From Wolbachia endosymbiont of Onchocerca ochengi (GTDB lineage: Bacteria > Pseudomonadota > Alphaproteobacteria > Rickettsiales > Anaplasmataceae): DNA of 32,000 bases. The stretch is taken from contig NC_018267.1 of assembly GCF_000306885.1 (NCBI RefSeq), forward strand, positions 150,001-182,000, in the 5' to 3' direction. The position numbers and the translations under genes are program-made. Numbering within the stretch: position 1 is the first letter of the stretch; each line of letters starts with the position of its first letter. The notes below the pieces were generated by a model. It ran no database searches, had not been told where the DNA came from, and saw only the letters and a list, made by a program, of their open reading frames with translations. Shown here in pieces: positions 1 through 12,657 of the stretch.

Positions 1-1619
<1,619 letters not shown>

Positions 1620-1782
1620 ATAAACTACCAAGAATAGTGCTCAATTAGTACCTACAATTGTGCAGATGCTACATGTGGCAGTTTTTTTATGTAGTTTCCG
1701 TTACCAAGCATTGAAGTGACAAAATTTACAGCTCTTGATTAAGTTTTTAGGTAAATTACTAAAAACCTTAATTTTAATCAAG

Positions 1783-1908
1783 TCTAATCAAACTTTATAA
1801 TAATAGTTTATTGCATGCCTCACACGGCTAAATCATTAATACTCTCTCAAACTTTACTGAATTGATAAACACAGTTTTAAAATGCTTACTGCTTAAATTC
1901 AAGTATAC
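1783..1908 (+). repeat. Copy A of a diverged dispersed repeat (downstream of rpoC)
   Basis: tctaatcaaa...agtttatt...taatactct...tttactgaattga...actgct...gtatac, colinear with 16912-17036, roughly three quarters identical by eye. Confidence 0.7.
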
Positions 1909-2177
1909 ATCAATTTTTCTATTGTGAATACTAAATTTATAAACCACTGATATTCTTGCTCTTCTTTTTTATCCATAATTTAAAATTATCGTTTTAAGTA
2001 GCTGCTTTTAACTTAAAGCATATGACTGTGTAACATACACTACCTTTTAGGTAGAAATGCATCAAAATGCTTAAGGTTTACATCTTAACAAACTCTATAG
2101 AACTTACTCTGATAACACAAACTTATAAGTAGAACTGTAAACTTTGCATAAAAGTGTTATGATAGCTAGGATAATAC

Positions 2178-2969
2178 ATGGGAAACATGAACATAACTAT
2201 ACATTCGCAAAAAGACTTTGACTTTATGCGTAAAGCTGGTAGATTAGCAGCTGAAACTCTTGATTTTACTGTACCGTATGTAAAGGTAGGAATAACAACT
2301 AATGAGTTAAATGACTTATGTCATGACTTTATAACCAAAGCAGGTGCAATTCCAGCTCCACTCAATTACAAAGGATATCCCAAGTCAATCTGTACTTCAA
2401 AAAATGCTGTTGTCTGTCATGGTATTCCTGATGATAGACCGCTTAAGAGCGGAGATATTTTAAATATAGATGTTACAGTAATTTTAGATGGCTGGCATGG
2501 TGATACAAGTCGCATGTTTTGGGTTGGTAAACCATCAATAAAAGCAAGACGTTTGTGCAATGCTACCTATGGCGCATTGATGGAAGCAATAAAACAAGTC
2601 AAACCTGGTAATAAATTGAACAGAATAGGACTTGCTATAGAAAAATATATTGAAGATTTTGGATATTCTATAGTACGTAACTACTGTGGGCATGGTATAG
2701 GAAAAGCCTTTCATACTCTGCCAAATGTATTACATTTTTATGATAAAGATGAAAATCTTATCTTAAAGGAGGGTATGTTTTTTACAATAGAACCTATGAT
2801 CAATGCCGGAGGACATGAAACCTTGCTCAGCAAGTTTGACGGCTGGACAGTAACAACATGCGACCTTTCACTCTCTGCACAATTCGAGCACACGCTTGGA
2901 GTAACAAAAGATGGTGTTGAAATATTCACATTATCACCCAAAAACTGGCATTTCCCTCCTTATAACTAA
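2178..2969 (+). CDS. map: Methionine aminopeptidase, type I
   Basis: MRKAGRLAAETL, VCHGIPDDRPLKSGDILNIDVTV, GWHGDTSRMF, YCGHGIGKAFHTLPNV and EPMI metal-binding/catalytic motifs. Confidence 0.96.
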   Translation: MGNMNITIHSQKDFDFMRKAGRLAAETLDFTVPYVKVGITTNELNDLCHDFITKAGAIPAPLNYKGYPKSICTSKNAVVCHGIPDDRPLKSGDILNIDVTVILDGWHGDTSRMFWVGKPSIKARRLCNATYGALMEAIKQVKPGNKLNRIGLAIEKYIEDFGYSIVRNYCGHGIGKAFHTLPNVLHFYDKDENLILKEGMFFTIEPMINAGGHETLLSKFDGWTVTTCDLSLSAQFEHTLGVTKDGVEIFTLSPKNWHFPPYN

Positions 2970-3122
2970 GGCCTTGCAGCTCTATCATTCTGTATCCATA
3001 CAGGAGATAGCAGTAAAACAACTACTCTTAAAAGCTGGACTGAAATAACTGTTACTATTATAGAAGATTGCACAAAGATGGAAACAAGAGGAAAAGTAGT
3101 AAAGAACTTTCATTGCCCATGT

Positions 3123-3510
3123 TTATTGGAAAGGCAAAAATCACTCTACATTTTGAGAAAGCGTCTAGTATCTTCAGATTAAATATCAGGTTATCTTTAA
3201 AAGGTACAAAACAAAGCAAAGAGTCTGTTTAAGTATTACTGGCTTATTCAAAAATAGATGATTTTCTGAGTGTAATGTAGTTCTTCAGTTTACAGATGGA
3301 TGATTCTTTTAACAAGATTATTGTTAATAAAAGTATATATTTAACAGAAAAAATTAGACTTTATACCAAGAAAGTGCGTAAGTTATTATAACTTGGTGCT
3401 GTTCCCCACCTGCAACAAGTCAACTACATCTCCAATATAATGGAGCTTAAGAAGAATGATAAATCTTTTTTTTAATTAGAGAAGACGGGGAGAAAGTAAT
3501 CAGAGTCAGG
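3123..3510 (+). pseudogene. radC: Probable relic of DNA repair protein RadC (multiple frameshifts/stops)
   Basis: Frame-hopping fragments in the expected order: LRKRLVSSD (3127-3180), KAKSLFKYY (3214-3240), DFIPRK then KKVRKLL*LGAV (about 3357-3402; compare YPREVVKxALxLGA) and FPTCNKST (compare HPSGNxSP). The location after map fits the sfsA-map-radC order common in alphaproteobacteria. Confidence 0.45.
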
Positions 3511-4349
3511 AAAGGTAACCGCTTATATCACGTAAATTACTGAAAGCTACGTGCTCAAAGTATGAATTAATCAACAATAGCAATATCAAGAAAATTCATA
3601 CTTATATTATAATACAGTAAAAAGCACTACTTTGAGCAACATAATAAAACAGGCGACTGAAATGATGATAACTTTTCAATTCATTGTAACAGAATATACA
3701 TTAATAAAAAATATTAATCTAAGCATAATAAAATTATATAGGCAATCGAAACGGCAGGGCAATGTGATAGAACAAATGTACCAGAAATTTTGCCTCTTAT
3801 TAATTTTTGTAATTTACTTGACTCTTTAGATAGAAATTTTATTTTACCTGATTAAACAGGTAGTAAAAATCCCCTGATGAAGTTCTAAAAAAAACAAAAA
3901 GTTTGCTGCCCTGCTTATTTAAAAGATAGTGCAAGACGCATTATACCACCTTTAAGAGGTTGGTGATGAAACTTAAAGAGAATTATTGCAATAACTATAA
4001 CTTTCCTATCAATTTTAACTGCTACAATGCTTAAGGAGATTTAGGTAGTTTTTCCTACTTTACGTAACATTATTTTACACTCAAAGTTGTACAGGAGATT
4101 CCTCTTAGGCATAAAAATAGTGAAATATTAATAAATATTTTTTTAAAATTTAAAGATTTAGATGTTTGCTATTTAAAATAGTTAAAACTAGATAAATTAA
4201 TACACCTATTTATTCTTTTTTTACTGTCAGATCAAGTTCTACCGAATACAATAACTTTTTAGACTACTTCTTCTTACTTTTCATACTCAAATTCTAAAGA
4301 ACAGAGAAGTATATCTTCCGTAGCACTCTGCTCTTTTCTTCAAAAGAAT

Positions 4350-5552
4350 TCATCCTTCTCTTACCGTATCTTTCAATGCATCTGATCTTTTAAAGAACTT
4401 CTTATTATTATATTTTTTAAACTGTGCACTATAATCAAAATTTGGTTCTCCTGCTATGCTCGAAAGTACAAGTAGTTTTCTCCTATCTTGAGGTGTGATA
4501 AAAGATAACGCATGTCCTTCAGCTCCAGCTCATGCAGTCCTACCTACACGATGGATATAGTCAGCTTGCGATTGTGGTACATCATAATTGATAACATGTT
4601 GAACATGTGGAATATCAAGACCACGAGAAGCAACATCTGTTGCAACCATAATTTGATTACGACCATTACGAAAAGAACTAATAACCCTTTCACGTTCGCG
4701 CTGCATTAAATTACCATGAATTGCCAAAGCACTATAGTTATCTTTGCGCAATTTATTAGCTAACTGATCTGCTCCTTGTTTCGTTTTAACAAATACAATG
4801 ATTGATCCTTCACGTTGACATAGTTGCGTAATAAGTTTACCATATTTTTTTAGCTCTGATACATAAATAATCTCTTGCTTAACTTTTGTAGAAATTGTAA
4901 CTTCATTTTCAATAGAAATATGTTCTGGCTGATCAAGATATTTCACAGCAAGCTTCATTATACTATTAGGAAGAGTTGCAGAAAACATGAGAGTTTGTCG
5001 TATTTTTGGGAGATATTTCATAATCTCTTCAATTTGAACTCCAAAGCCCATATCGAACATACGATCCATTTCATCAAGCACAAGAGTATTGACATTATAG
5101 GCCATCAAAGCTTCACGTTCAATATGATCTATAATACGACCAGGAGTACCTACCATAATTTGTGGCTCTTTCTGAAGCTGACTTAACTGCTTAAAAATAG
5201 ACTCACCACCAATTAGCAAGGCAATTTTTAACACGGAATTTTGAGATAAAAGCTTTCTTATTTCATTTGTTATCTGCTGTGCAAGCTCTCTAGTTGGCAC
5301 AATAACTAAAGCTGAACTAACACTAAAATCATCTAACAACTTAGCAATCAACGGAATAACGAATGCCAAGGTTTTTCCAGTTCCCGTTTGAGCAGAACCG
5401 AGAATATCTCTACCTTGTAGAGCTAGAGGAATTGCCTGTGCTTGAATCGGAGTTGGAATGAAAAAATTATGTTTATCTAGAACTTGCTTGAGTGAAACTG
5501 GAAGATCCATTTCATGAAAGCTGCCTATAGCTCTATTAAAAACTCTTACCAT
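4350..5552 (-). pseudogene. DEAD-box RNA helicase (RhlE/SrmB-like) with an in-frame TGA in motif VI; intact 340-codon part is 4530..5552
   Basis: Q motif, AQTGTGKT, PTRELAQQ, GTPGR, DEMD (in DEAD position), SAT, DVASRGLDIP and HRVGRTA, then TGA at 4530-4532. The same frame continues [59 protein letters not shown] to 4350. Confidence 0.85.
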
Positions 5553-5562
5553 CGAAATCTAG

Positions 5563-5817
5563 TTAACTTTCTAACAACTTTAAATTTATTGCAGATTTTT
5601 TTCCTTCTCCATTCTTACCGCGCTCTTCTCTGAGCTCATAGCTTACTCTTTCTCCTTTTATTCCCTTTTCCTTATTTTCTCCTTTAAGTGAATCAGGTCT
5701 TATCCCTGAACGCTCTAATGTACTAATATGCACAAAAACATCGCTGCCTTTAGCTTCTGGCACAATAAAACCATAACCTTTTTCAGCGCTAAACCACTTT
5801 ATATTACCAAATTCCAT
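5563..5817 (-). CDS. Cold-shock domain protein (CspA family)
   Basis: NIKWFSAEKGYGFIVPEAKGSDVFVHISTLERSG: RNP1/RNP2 motifs of the cold-shock domain. Confidence 0.95.
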   Translation of the reverse strand: MEFGNIKWFSAEKGYGFIVPEAKGSDVFVHISTLERSGIRPDSLKGENKEKGIKGERVSYELREERGKNGEGKKSAINLKLLES

Positions 5818-5992
5818 GTAAACACCCCCTTAAAATTATTGACTAATATTGCTAATGTGATGAAAAACTTTGAAATTACAACTGAAAATGCTTGAAGTCT
5901 AGTTATTAAAACTAAACCTCTATACTCCATAGTCTACTCTAACATTACATGGTTATAGTACACAATTATTGTATTTAATGCAACTAGAATTT

Positions 5993-7327
5993 CTAATTAC
6001 CGAGCGAGCCTGCAATCATCATTTCATTAATTTTAATCGTTGGCGAATTAAACTGCCCACAAAAAGTTAAATCGTTTGCAACAACCAAGTTATTAAACAT
6101 ATTTTCTAAATTGCTAGCAACAGTAATTTCGTGTATTGGATACGTTATTTTTCCATTTTCTATAAAAAACCCTGACGCACCTTGACTGTAATCACCATTA
6201 ATTAAATTAACACCAAAGCCAAATAAATCAGTTATATATACTCCCTCTTTCACTTCCTCAATCAACTCTTCAAACGATATATTTCCATTTTCAATATAAA
6301 AGTTACTAGCTGCAGGAACAATTGCAGCGTTGTTTGCACGTATTGCGTTTCCAGTTGTTTCTAAATTTAGTTTTTTAGCTGAGTACAGATCTAAAATCCA
6401 ATTTTGCAGCACTCCATTCTTTACAAGTATGTTTTTTTTGCTAATTATCCCCTCTCCATCAAAAGGTCTTGATTCTATACCTTTCGGTAGCAATGGGTTA
6501 TCAATGATGTTAATTCTATTATTAAAGATCTGAGTATTTAAACTATTTCTCAAGAAAGAGCTGCTACTTACGATGCTACTACCATTTATAGCAGAAGCAA
6601 AACTTTTTACCAGTTCTTTTGCTGCTCTTTTTTCAAAAATAACTGGAAGTTTGCCAGTTTTAATTGAACGTGAATTCAATTGGTCAATCGCTCTTTTTGC
6701 TGCTTCTTTTCCTATTAACCTTGGCGATTTTAGGTCGTAAAAATTACACGCTACATCGTAACTATAACCAACCTTCATTTTACCTTTTCCTCCAGCAATA
6801 ACAGAAACTTGATTAGCAAAGATTGATTTACTAAATGAGCCGATAAAACCAGAAACAGTAAACAACACTGTATTTACTAAAGAATATGAAGCAGAGGCTC
6901 CTTCAGAATTAACAACTTCTTTACATAAAAAAGCTGAATTTTCTGCAGCTTCAGCAATTTTTTTTAAATTATCAATAGTTACAACACTGTTATCTAAGAT
7001 ACCTAAATCTGTAGAAGAAGTATAATTACCTCCATCTACAGCAAAATTAATATAAGGATCCTTTGGCACATTCTTTGCCATTTCTACTACTTGACTCACC
7101 GTATTACTAAGATTGTTTAAATCATTTGTAGAAATATATGCAGCTTTAGTTTTGTCTACTATAGCTCTGATTCCTACAGTGCAATTTTTAGATTGGGATA
7201 TTTGTTCAACTTTTGATAGGCGTTGAGAAACTGAGATTTTGTTAATTTCATATATTGAAACTTCTGCGCTTTGATTTTGCTTTTTTACTAATTTTATAAT
7301 ATCTGCTGCAATATTTAGTATATCCAT
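5993..7327 (-). CDS. pmbA: TldD/PmbA family protein, PmbA/TldE-like
   Basis: SQSKNCTVGIRAIV, GEGIISKKNILVKNGVLQNWILDLYSAKKLNLETTGNAIR and QGASGFFIENGKITYPIHEITVASNLENMFNN are characteristic of PmbA/TldE. Confidence 0.93.
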   Translation of the reverse strand: MDILNIAADIIKLVKKQNQSAEVSIYEINKISVSQRLSKVEQISQSKNCTVGIRAIVDKTKAAYISTNDLNNLSNTVSQVVEMAKNVPKDPYINFAVDGGNYTSSTDLGILDNSVVTIDNLKKIAEAAENSAFLCKEVVNSEGASASYSLVNTVLFTVSGFIGSFSKSIFANQVSVIAGGKGKMKVGYSYDVACNFYDLKSPRLIGKEAAKRAIDQLNSRSIKTGKLPVIFEKRAAKELVKSFASAINGSSIVSSSSFLRNSLNTQIFNNRINIIDNPLLPKGIESRPFDGEGIISKKNILVKNGVLQNWILDLYSAKKLNLETTGNAIRANNAAIVPAASNFYIENGNISFEELIEEVKEGVYITDLFGFGVNLINGDYSQGASGFFIENGKITYPIHEITVASNLENMFNNLVVANDLTFCGQFNSPTIKINEMMIAGSLGN

Positions 7328-7346
7328 TTATTACCTCCTTAGGTTT

Positions 7347-8219
7347 TCATAAAGATTCTGCACCACCTATCACTTCAATCAAGTCGGTTGTAATCGCTGC
7401 TTGACGAGAACGATTGTAAAGTAGAGCTAATTTATTCAGCATTTCTTCGGTATTTCTATTTGCTGATTCCATAGCAACCATTCTAGCGCTATTCTCACTT
7501 ACTACACTTTCAAGTAAAGCAGAGTAAAGAGCAGCTGTAATATAATCTCGAATTAAAGATTGCAAAATAAATTCAGTATTTTGCGGTTCGTACCCATAGC
7601 CATAACCTACCATTGAAGTAGTTAAAAAATTAATAATTAAAGATGAGTCTTTACTCCATGGCTTTATTGTTTCCAATGTCGGTTTTTGTGTGAAGGTATT
7701 ATAAAATTTGTTATAGAAAACCTTGACTTTATTGTATTTACTGAGATCAATATCATCAATTAAAGATTCTATATGCTTTAACGTAATTCCCTTACTGTTT
7801 TCAACCTTCAAGATAACTTCAGAGTCAAACCTATTTTTACCCATGTCAAAAGCTTTTCTACCAAAAAATATAATATTTACTTTTTTACCACTTATAATTA
7901 ACTTACTAATATATTCTTGACTAAACCTTACAATAGAAGAATTGAAGTTACCACACAAACCACGATCAGATGCAATAATAAATACTAGATAAGTACTGTC
8001 ATTATCAACATTTAAAATTTTTGCCAAAAATTCTTGATCAACTGATACCAGCAATGAAGAAACAATGTTATGCAGCTTAGATATATACAATCTTGAATTT
8101 GATAACTTTTTTTGGCTCTGCAATAACTTTACTGCAGAAACCATTTGCATTATTTTCGTGATTTTCTGTACAGATCTAATATTCTTGATTCTTAAAGATA
8201 GTTCCTTTAAGCTCTCCAT
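7347..8219 (-). CDS. atpG: F1F0 ATP synthase gamma subunit
   Basis: [24 protein letters not shown] at the N-terminus, [11 protein letters not shown], and C-terminal [20 protein letters not shown]...[23 protein letters not shown]. Confidence 0.97.
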   Translation of the reverse strand: MESLKELSLRIKNIRSVQKITKIMQMVSAVKLLQSQKKLSNSRLYISKLHNIVSSLLVSVDQEFLAKILNVDNDSTYLVFIIASDRGLCGNFNSSIVRFSQEYISKLIISGKKVNIIFFGRKAFDMGKNRFDSEVILKVENSKGITLKHIESLIDDIDLSKYNKVKVFYNKFYNTFTQKPTLETIKPWSKDSSLIINFLTTSMVGYGYGYEPQNTEFILQSLIRDYITAALYSALLESVVSENSARMVAMESANRNTEEMLNKLALLYNRSRQAAITTDLIEVIGGAESL

Positions 8220-8856
8220 TTTATATATAACTCTAGCTTATTAAAATATACAATCATTCATTTTAAAAAACAAGTTTTTTTGATATAAAGAAAATATAAG
8301 ATGATACACGGCACCAGAATTAGCGTTCATAATGTTACCTAAGTAGCTAACACTGGAAATCTAAAAAAAAGAAATATAGACTTCCAGCTTACATGTTGAA
8401 TGACGCTATCCGTTGTAAGAGCATAACTTCGTTCATAATTATATGGCTAACTATAAATATTTAGAAAATTTACTAAGCAGAAAAGAAAATAAAAGAAACC
8501 TTGTAGTAGCTAGTTGTTTAACATTCTACAAACTAGCTATTCTACACTATCTTAAATGACTTATAAATACGTTTTCAGCTTGAAATCTTAGAATCTTTCG
8601 AGATAAAAAATTAACAAAAACATGAGAGAAACAGATAGTGCAAAAATTAAATATAAGACACTAACTAAGTATACACTTTCGTCGTTTAATCTGCGCAGCT
8701 TAAAGACAACTAAATACTTTCATTACCATAAATGGGAAAATTGGCAAGGTTTGTTAAGCAGTTTTACGTTGGATTTGAATTCTTGAAGTCACACTATTTG
8801 TAAAGTGTAAATAACGAGAAAGGGGTGATAAAAAGTTTATATGCTCACGGCACTTC

Positions 8857-10722
8857 TCATTTCCTCCCAAACAATTTTTCAATATCACTTAGTTTCATTT
8901 CTATGTAAGTCGGCCTTCCGTGGTTACATTGCCCGGAATATGGTGTTTCTTCCATCTGCCTAAGCAGCATATTCATTTCTTCTAACCTCATTTTTCTACC
9001 TGCCCTAATCGATCCATAGCAAGCAATCGTAGCTAATATTTTGTTTACTTTATCTTCTATTGGTAAAGTGTCTTCTATTTCGGTTAATCTATCAACTATA
9101 TTCATCAGCATCTCCTTCACATCTATTGTTCCCAAAATTGCAGGAATTTCTCTTGCTATAACTTCATTTTCTGATTTAATTTCAATATCAAAACCTATTT
9201 CAAAAAGCTTATTTTTATAAATCTCAACCATCTCCATTCCAGTTTGATTCTTAATTTCAACTACTTCAGGAAAAAAAAGCTTTTGTCTTTTTATGCTTGA
9301 CTTTTTTTTTAAGCATTCATAAATTAACCTCTCATGAGCTGCATGCTGATCAATTATAATTAATTTGTCTCTAGCTTCAGCAATAATATAAATATTGTAA
9401 ACCTGGCAACGTGCAAATCCAAGAGGATAGCTTTCTATCAAGTTAATTTGTTCCCTTTCTAAAACCATAGTCTCTGCTTGTAATGGAGATTTTTGTATAC
9501 CAGTACAATCAAATAACTCTGACCGTTCTGATAAGCTTTTCTCTCCCTTATTTAGCAAATTGAACCCTTTCATTAGCTGATTATCTAAATTGCTTGACTT
9601 TTCCTTATAGAATCCTTTACGAGTACTAAATGCACTAGGTAACATGTTTTTAACGAAACCACCCGTTATTGAAGTAATTGAATGCCGGAATTCACTGCAG
9701 ATTTCAGAATTACATACTGGAATGACATCAGAAATACCTATTCTAGTTGATAATGCTTTTATTATTCCCCTTGTCACTATCTCATATATTACCCTCTTAT
9801 CCTGAAACCTTACTTCTAACTTGTTCGGATGCACATTCACATCTACTTGGTCATATGGTACGTTTAAATGCAATGCTACAAAAGGATACCTGTCGCTCGG
9901 AATAAAATCATGATACGCATATCGAATTGCACCGATAAGTAGATTATCTTTAATCGGTCTTCCATTCACAAATGTATAAATCATAGTTGACTTGCTATAA
10001 TTAACAGTTGGCTTGCAGATGTGTCCTATAAGTCTAATACCATCTTTTTCTTCATCAATTTCCAAAGCATTGCCATAAAATTCTTCTTCTATTTCACATA
10101 GTCTACTAAATAATGAGGTTTGCTTGACATATTTTAAGAGCTTTTTATTGCCTGAACTGAGATTAAATCCGATATTATAGCTGGCCATCGCTAAGTTGTT
10201 TACAATATCAACAATATTTTGAGTCTCTGCTCTTTCAGTTCTTAGGAATTTCAGTCTATTCGGAGTAGCAAAAAATAAATCACGAACTTCAACATGTGTA
10301 CCCTGCGATAAAGAACAAGGCGTAATTTCTACTACTTCTTCTCCACCCTCATAACCTACAGACCACGCTTCATTTGTTCCTCTTGCTCTAGACGATAACT
10401 TTACTCTACTTACTGCCGCTATCGATGGTAGCGCTTCCCCTCTAAAACCAAGATGTTTAATTTCTATTAATTCACTATCATTCAATTTTGAAGTAGTGTA
10501 GCGCATAAATGCAAGTTTTAAATCACCCTTCTCCATTCCATTTCCATCATCTATAACAGTAATAAGATTACGCCCACCGCTTTCTATTTTAATCTCTATT
10601 TTTGAACTTCCAGCATCTATTGCATTTTCTATTAGCTCCTTGACTACACTTGTTGGCCTCTCAATTACTTCTCCTGCTGCTATACGATTTATAGTTTTTG
10701 CGTCTAAAAGAACTATTGCCAT
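8857..10722 (-). CDS. mutL: DNA mismatch repair protein MutL
   Basis: GHKL ATPase motifs [35 protein letters not shown] and [11 protein letters not shown]; C-terminal [12 protein letters not shown] ... [11 protein letters not shown]. Confidence 0.97.
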   Translation of the reverse strand: MAIVLLDAKTINRIAAGEVIERPTSVVKELIENAIDAGSSKIEIKIESGGRNLITVIDDGNGMEKGDLKLAFMRYTTSKLNDSELIEIKHLGFRGEALPSIAAVSRVKLSSRARGTNEAWSVGYEGGEEVVEITPCSLSQGTHVEVRDLFFATPNRLKFLRTERAETQNIVDIVNNLAMASYNIGFNLSSGNKKLLKYVKQTSLFSRLCEIEEEFYGNALEIDEEKDGIRLIGHICKPTVNYSKSTMIYTFVNGRPIKDNLLIGAIRYAYHDFIPSDRYPFVALHLNVPYDQVDVNVHPNKLEVRFQDKRVIYEIVTRGIIKALSTRIGISDVIPVCNSEICSEFRHSITSITGGFVKNMLPSAFSTRKGFYKEKSSNLDNQLMKGFNLLNKGEKSLSERSELFDCTGIQKSPLQAETMVLEREQINLIESYPLGFARCQVYNIYIIAEARDKLIIIDQHAAHERLIYECLKKKSSIKRQKLFFPEVVEIKNQTGMEMVEIYKNKLFEIGFDIEIKSENEVIAREIPAILGTIDVKEMLMNIVDRLTEIEDTLPIEDKVNKILATIACYGSIRAGRKMRLEEMNMLLRQMEETPYSGQCNHGRPTYIEMKLSDIEKLFGRK

Positions 10723-10729
10723 AAGCCTA

Positions 10730-11230
10730 TTACGGTGCTGGTTTTTCTTTTACTAAATCTGTCTGTTTGCTTCTCCATTTCCTTAATCTACCTGCAATTT
10801 CACCGTTAGAAATTGATAACATAGATGCTGCTGCAATAGCAGCATTGCATGCTCCACTTTCTCCTATAGACATAGTTGCAACCGGAACACCCTTTGGCAT
10901 TTGCATTATCGATAATAGACTATCCAACCCATTTAACTCTTTACTATACACAGGAACACCAATAACAGGTAAACAAGTAAGCGACGCTACCATACCAGGT
11001 AAATGAGCTGCTCCCCCTGCACCAGCTATAATAATTTTATAACCTTTTTCTTGTGCAGATTTAGCAAAATTAAAGAGCCTTTCTGGTGTCCTATGCGCAG
11101 ATATTATAAATACATTATGCGAAATTCCTAATGCTTTTAACATATCAACAGCATAAACCATAGTACTATAATCTGACTGACTTCCCATAATTATAGCAAC
11201 ATCTTTTTCTACTTCTGTCATATTAAACAC
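10730..11230 (-). CDS. purE: N5-carboxyaminoimidazole ribonucleotide mutase
   Basis: [48 protein letters not shown]; 7-bp gap to mutL. Confidence 0.96.
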   Translation of the reverse strand: MFNMTEVEKDVAIIMGSQSDYSTMVYAVDMLKALGISHNVFIISAHRTPERLFNFAKSAQEKGYKIIIAGAGGAAHLPGMVASLTCLPVIGVPVYSKELNGLDSLLSIMQMPKGVPVATMSIGESGACNAAIAAASMLSISNGEIAGRLRKWRSKQTDLVKEKPAP

Positions 11231-11520
11231 AATTTAATCTATTAACTAAACAGTGTTCCAGTTAAAAAACAACAAATATTTGAATTACAAGTAATAGTGT
11301 ATAGCATTCTTATTAAAATAAAAGTTATAAATAAGCATCCACACTTAAGACATAGGAACATAAATCTCTCTTTTTTCATATAAAATAGAAAAATTTATCC
11401 TAAATTTTGTAGTTATTACCAGTTCTTGCTATAAACGACCTTTTAAGGCTAAATAATAGTTTAAAATTAACGTAAATCTGATAAAAATATCAACAACAAT
11501 AAATTCAAAGTCTTGCCGTA

Positions 11521-11562
11521 TTAATATCATATAATTATTTAGCATAAATTATATGATATTAA
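11521..11562. repeat. Perfect 16-bp inverted repeat, 10-nt spacer (candidate operator or hairpin)
   Basis: ttaatatcatataatt - atttagcata - aattatatgatattaa; arms 11521-11536 and 11547-11562 are exact reverse complements, 61 bp before the start codon at 11624. Confidence 0.9.
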
Positions 11563-11623
11563 CACTTTGAGATATCAAATTTATGTTGTAATGTTTTACA
11601 GAGCTATTGATAGGTAAGTATAT

Positions 11624-11905
11624 ATGGAAATAATATCGTTAAACAATAATTCATGCAATGTAGAAGTAAAAAAGAAGTTGCTTAACATAATCAGTAAAGT
11701 TATAGAAAGAAACGCTTGGACTCAAGCTCATGCAGCCGAAAAGCTAGGTGTTGACCAACCAAAGATATCACAAATTAAAAATGGCAAAACAGATGGTTTC
11801 TCCTTAGAAAGACTATTAAGCTTTCTCAAAAAATTCGAACATGAAATAACAATTACGATAACAGAAAACCAAGCAGTAAGATCTGAACACGAAGCTAGAT
11901 TTTAA
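11624..11905 (+). CDS. XRE/Cro-CI-family helix-turn-helix transcriptional regulator (orphan antitoxin-like HTH)
   Basis: WTQAHAAEKLGVDQPKISQIKNGKTDGFSLERLLSFLKKFEHEITITI: HTH with the pattern of the XRE subgroup seen in antitoxin-like regulators. Confidence 0.88.
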   Translation: MEIISLNNNSCNVEVKKKLLNIISKVIERNAWTQAHAAEKLGVDQPKISQIKNGKTDGFSLERLLSFLKKFEHEITITITENQAVRSEHEARF

Positions 11906-11969
11906 AGAAATACACAGTTGACATTTTGTTTTTTATAGTATAGTATGAAACTTATTCAAGTAGTATTTT

Positions 11970-12356
11970 ATGGCTGAATCTATTATAGAAAAATGTATAA
12001 GGCAAGTAAGCAACCGCTTTAAGTTAGCTCTGTTAGCAAGTCAGAGAACACATGATTTAAATACAGGAGCAAGCAGTTCAATTCAAGCAGATGAGTTCAA
12101 GGGTCATAAAAATACTATTATTTCTTTATATGAAATAGCAGAAAGACAGGTAAATATTCACGAGCTATTTAATCTCTTGGTAAGTAGATGCAAAGGATAT
12201 ATGAAAGAAAATATAAGTAACATAAGCAAGTTAGAAAAGCTACTGAGTTCTCCTCATAACAAGTTCAACGTAAGTTCTGGTGTAAATCAAGAAAGTACTA
12301 ATATCCAAGGCAACGAAGTAAAAAGTAAAACAGATGATCAAGATAATGAAAAATAG
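11970..12356 (+). CDS. rpoZ: DNA-directed RNA polymerase omega subunit
   Basis: SIIEKCIRQVSNRFKLALLASQRTHDLNTG...KNTIISLYEIAERQV matches the omega N-terminal core; divergent low-complexity C-terminal tail. Confidence 0.9.
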   Translation: MAESIIEKCIRQVSNRFKLALLASQRTHDLNTGASSSIQADEFKGHKNTIISLYEIAERQVNIHELFNLLVSRCKGYMKENISNISKLEKLLSSPHNKFNVSSGVNQESTNIQGNEVKSKTDDQDNEK

Positions 12357-12408
12357 ACGACAAAGAGCAAATCAAGTAGAAGGCTACTAAAGAGTTTGTA
12401 ATTTATAA

Positions 12409-12654
12409 ATGATTCACGCTGCTGTTTATGTACTATTATTTTGCATTGTTACAATGTTATGCCATACAGTATTCAGTTCGACTATTTATGATAAAGTGCT
12501 AGCGTTTAATAATTTTTCAACACAAGTAGTTCTACTTATACCAGCAATATCGATTATTTTAAACAGCGTCTTTTTGCTTGATATAGCGCTATTATATGCT
12601 GGCATTAGCTTTATGTCAACCTTAGCATTAATGAAATTAGTGTTGCTTCGATAA
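12409..12654 (+). CDS. Mrp/Mnh antiporter subunit F-like membrane protein
   Basis: 81 aa, three hydrophobic segments; D-x-A-L-L-Y-A-G-I-S-F C-terminal pattern of MrpF/MnhF; first gene of an F-G-A'-B-C array. Confidence 0.75.
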   Translation: MIHAAVYVLLFCIVTMLCHTVFSSTIYDKVLAFNNFSTQVVLLIPAISIILNSVFLLDIALLYAGISFMSTLALMKLVLLR

Positions 12655-12657
12655 TTT

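Noticed and set aside
3385-3430. SRP/4.5S RNA-like GC-richer patch (ggtgctgttccccacctgcaacaag)
   Set aside because: Lacks the conserved GGAAGNAGCC apical loop and folding; better explained as the radC HPSGN region relic.
3632-3829. Plus-strand 65-aa ORF
   Set aside because: Low-complexity, no recognisable motif and no clear SD, located in a decayed interval; insufficient support.
11624-12356. XRE protein plus downstream ORF as a toxin-antitoxin pair
   Set aside because: The downstream ORF is clearly rpoZ (omega subunit), not a toxin.
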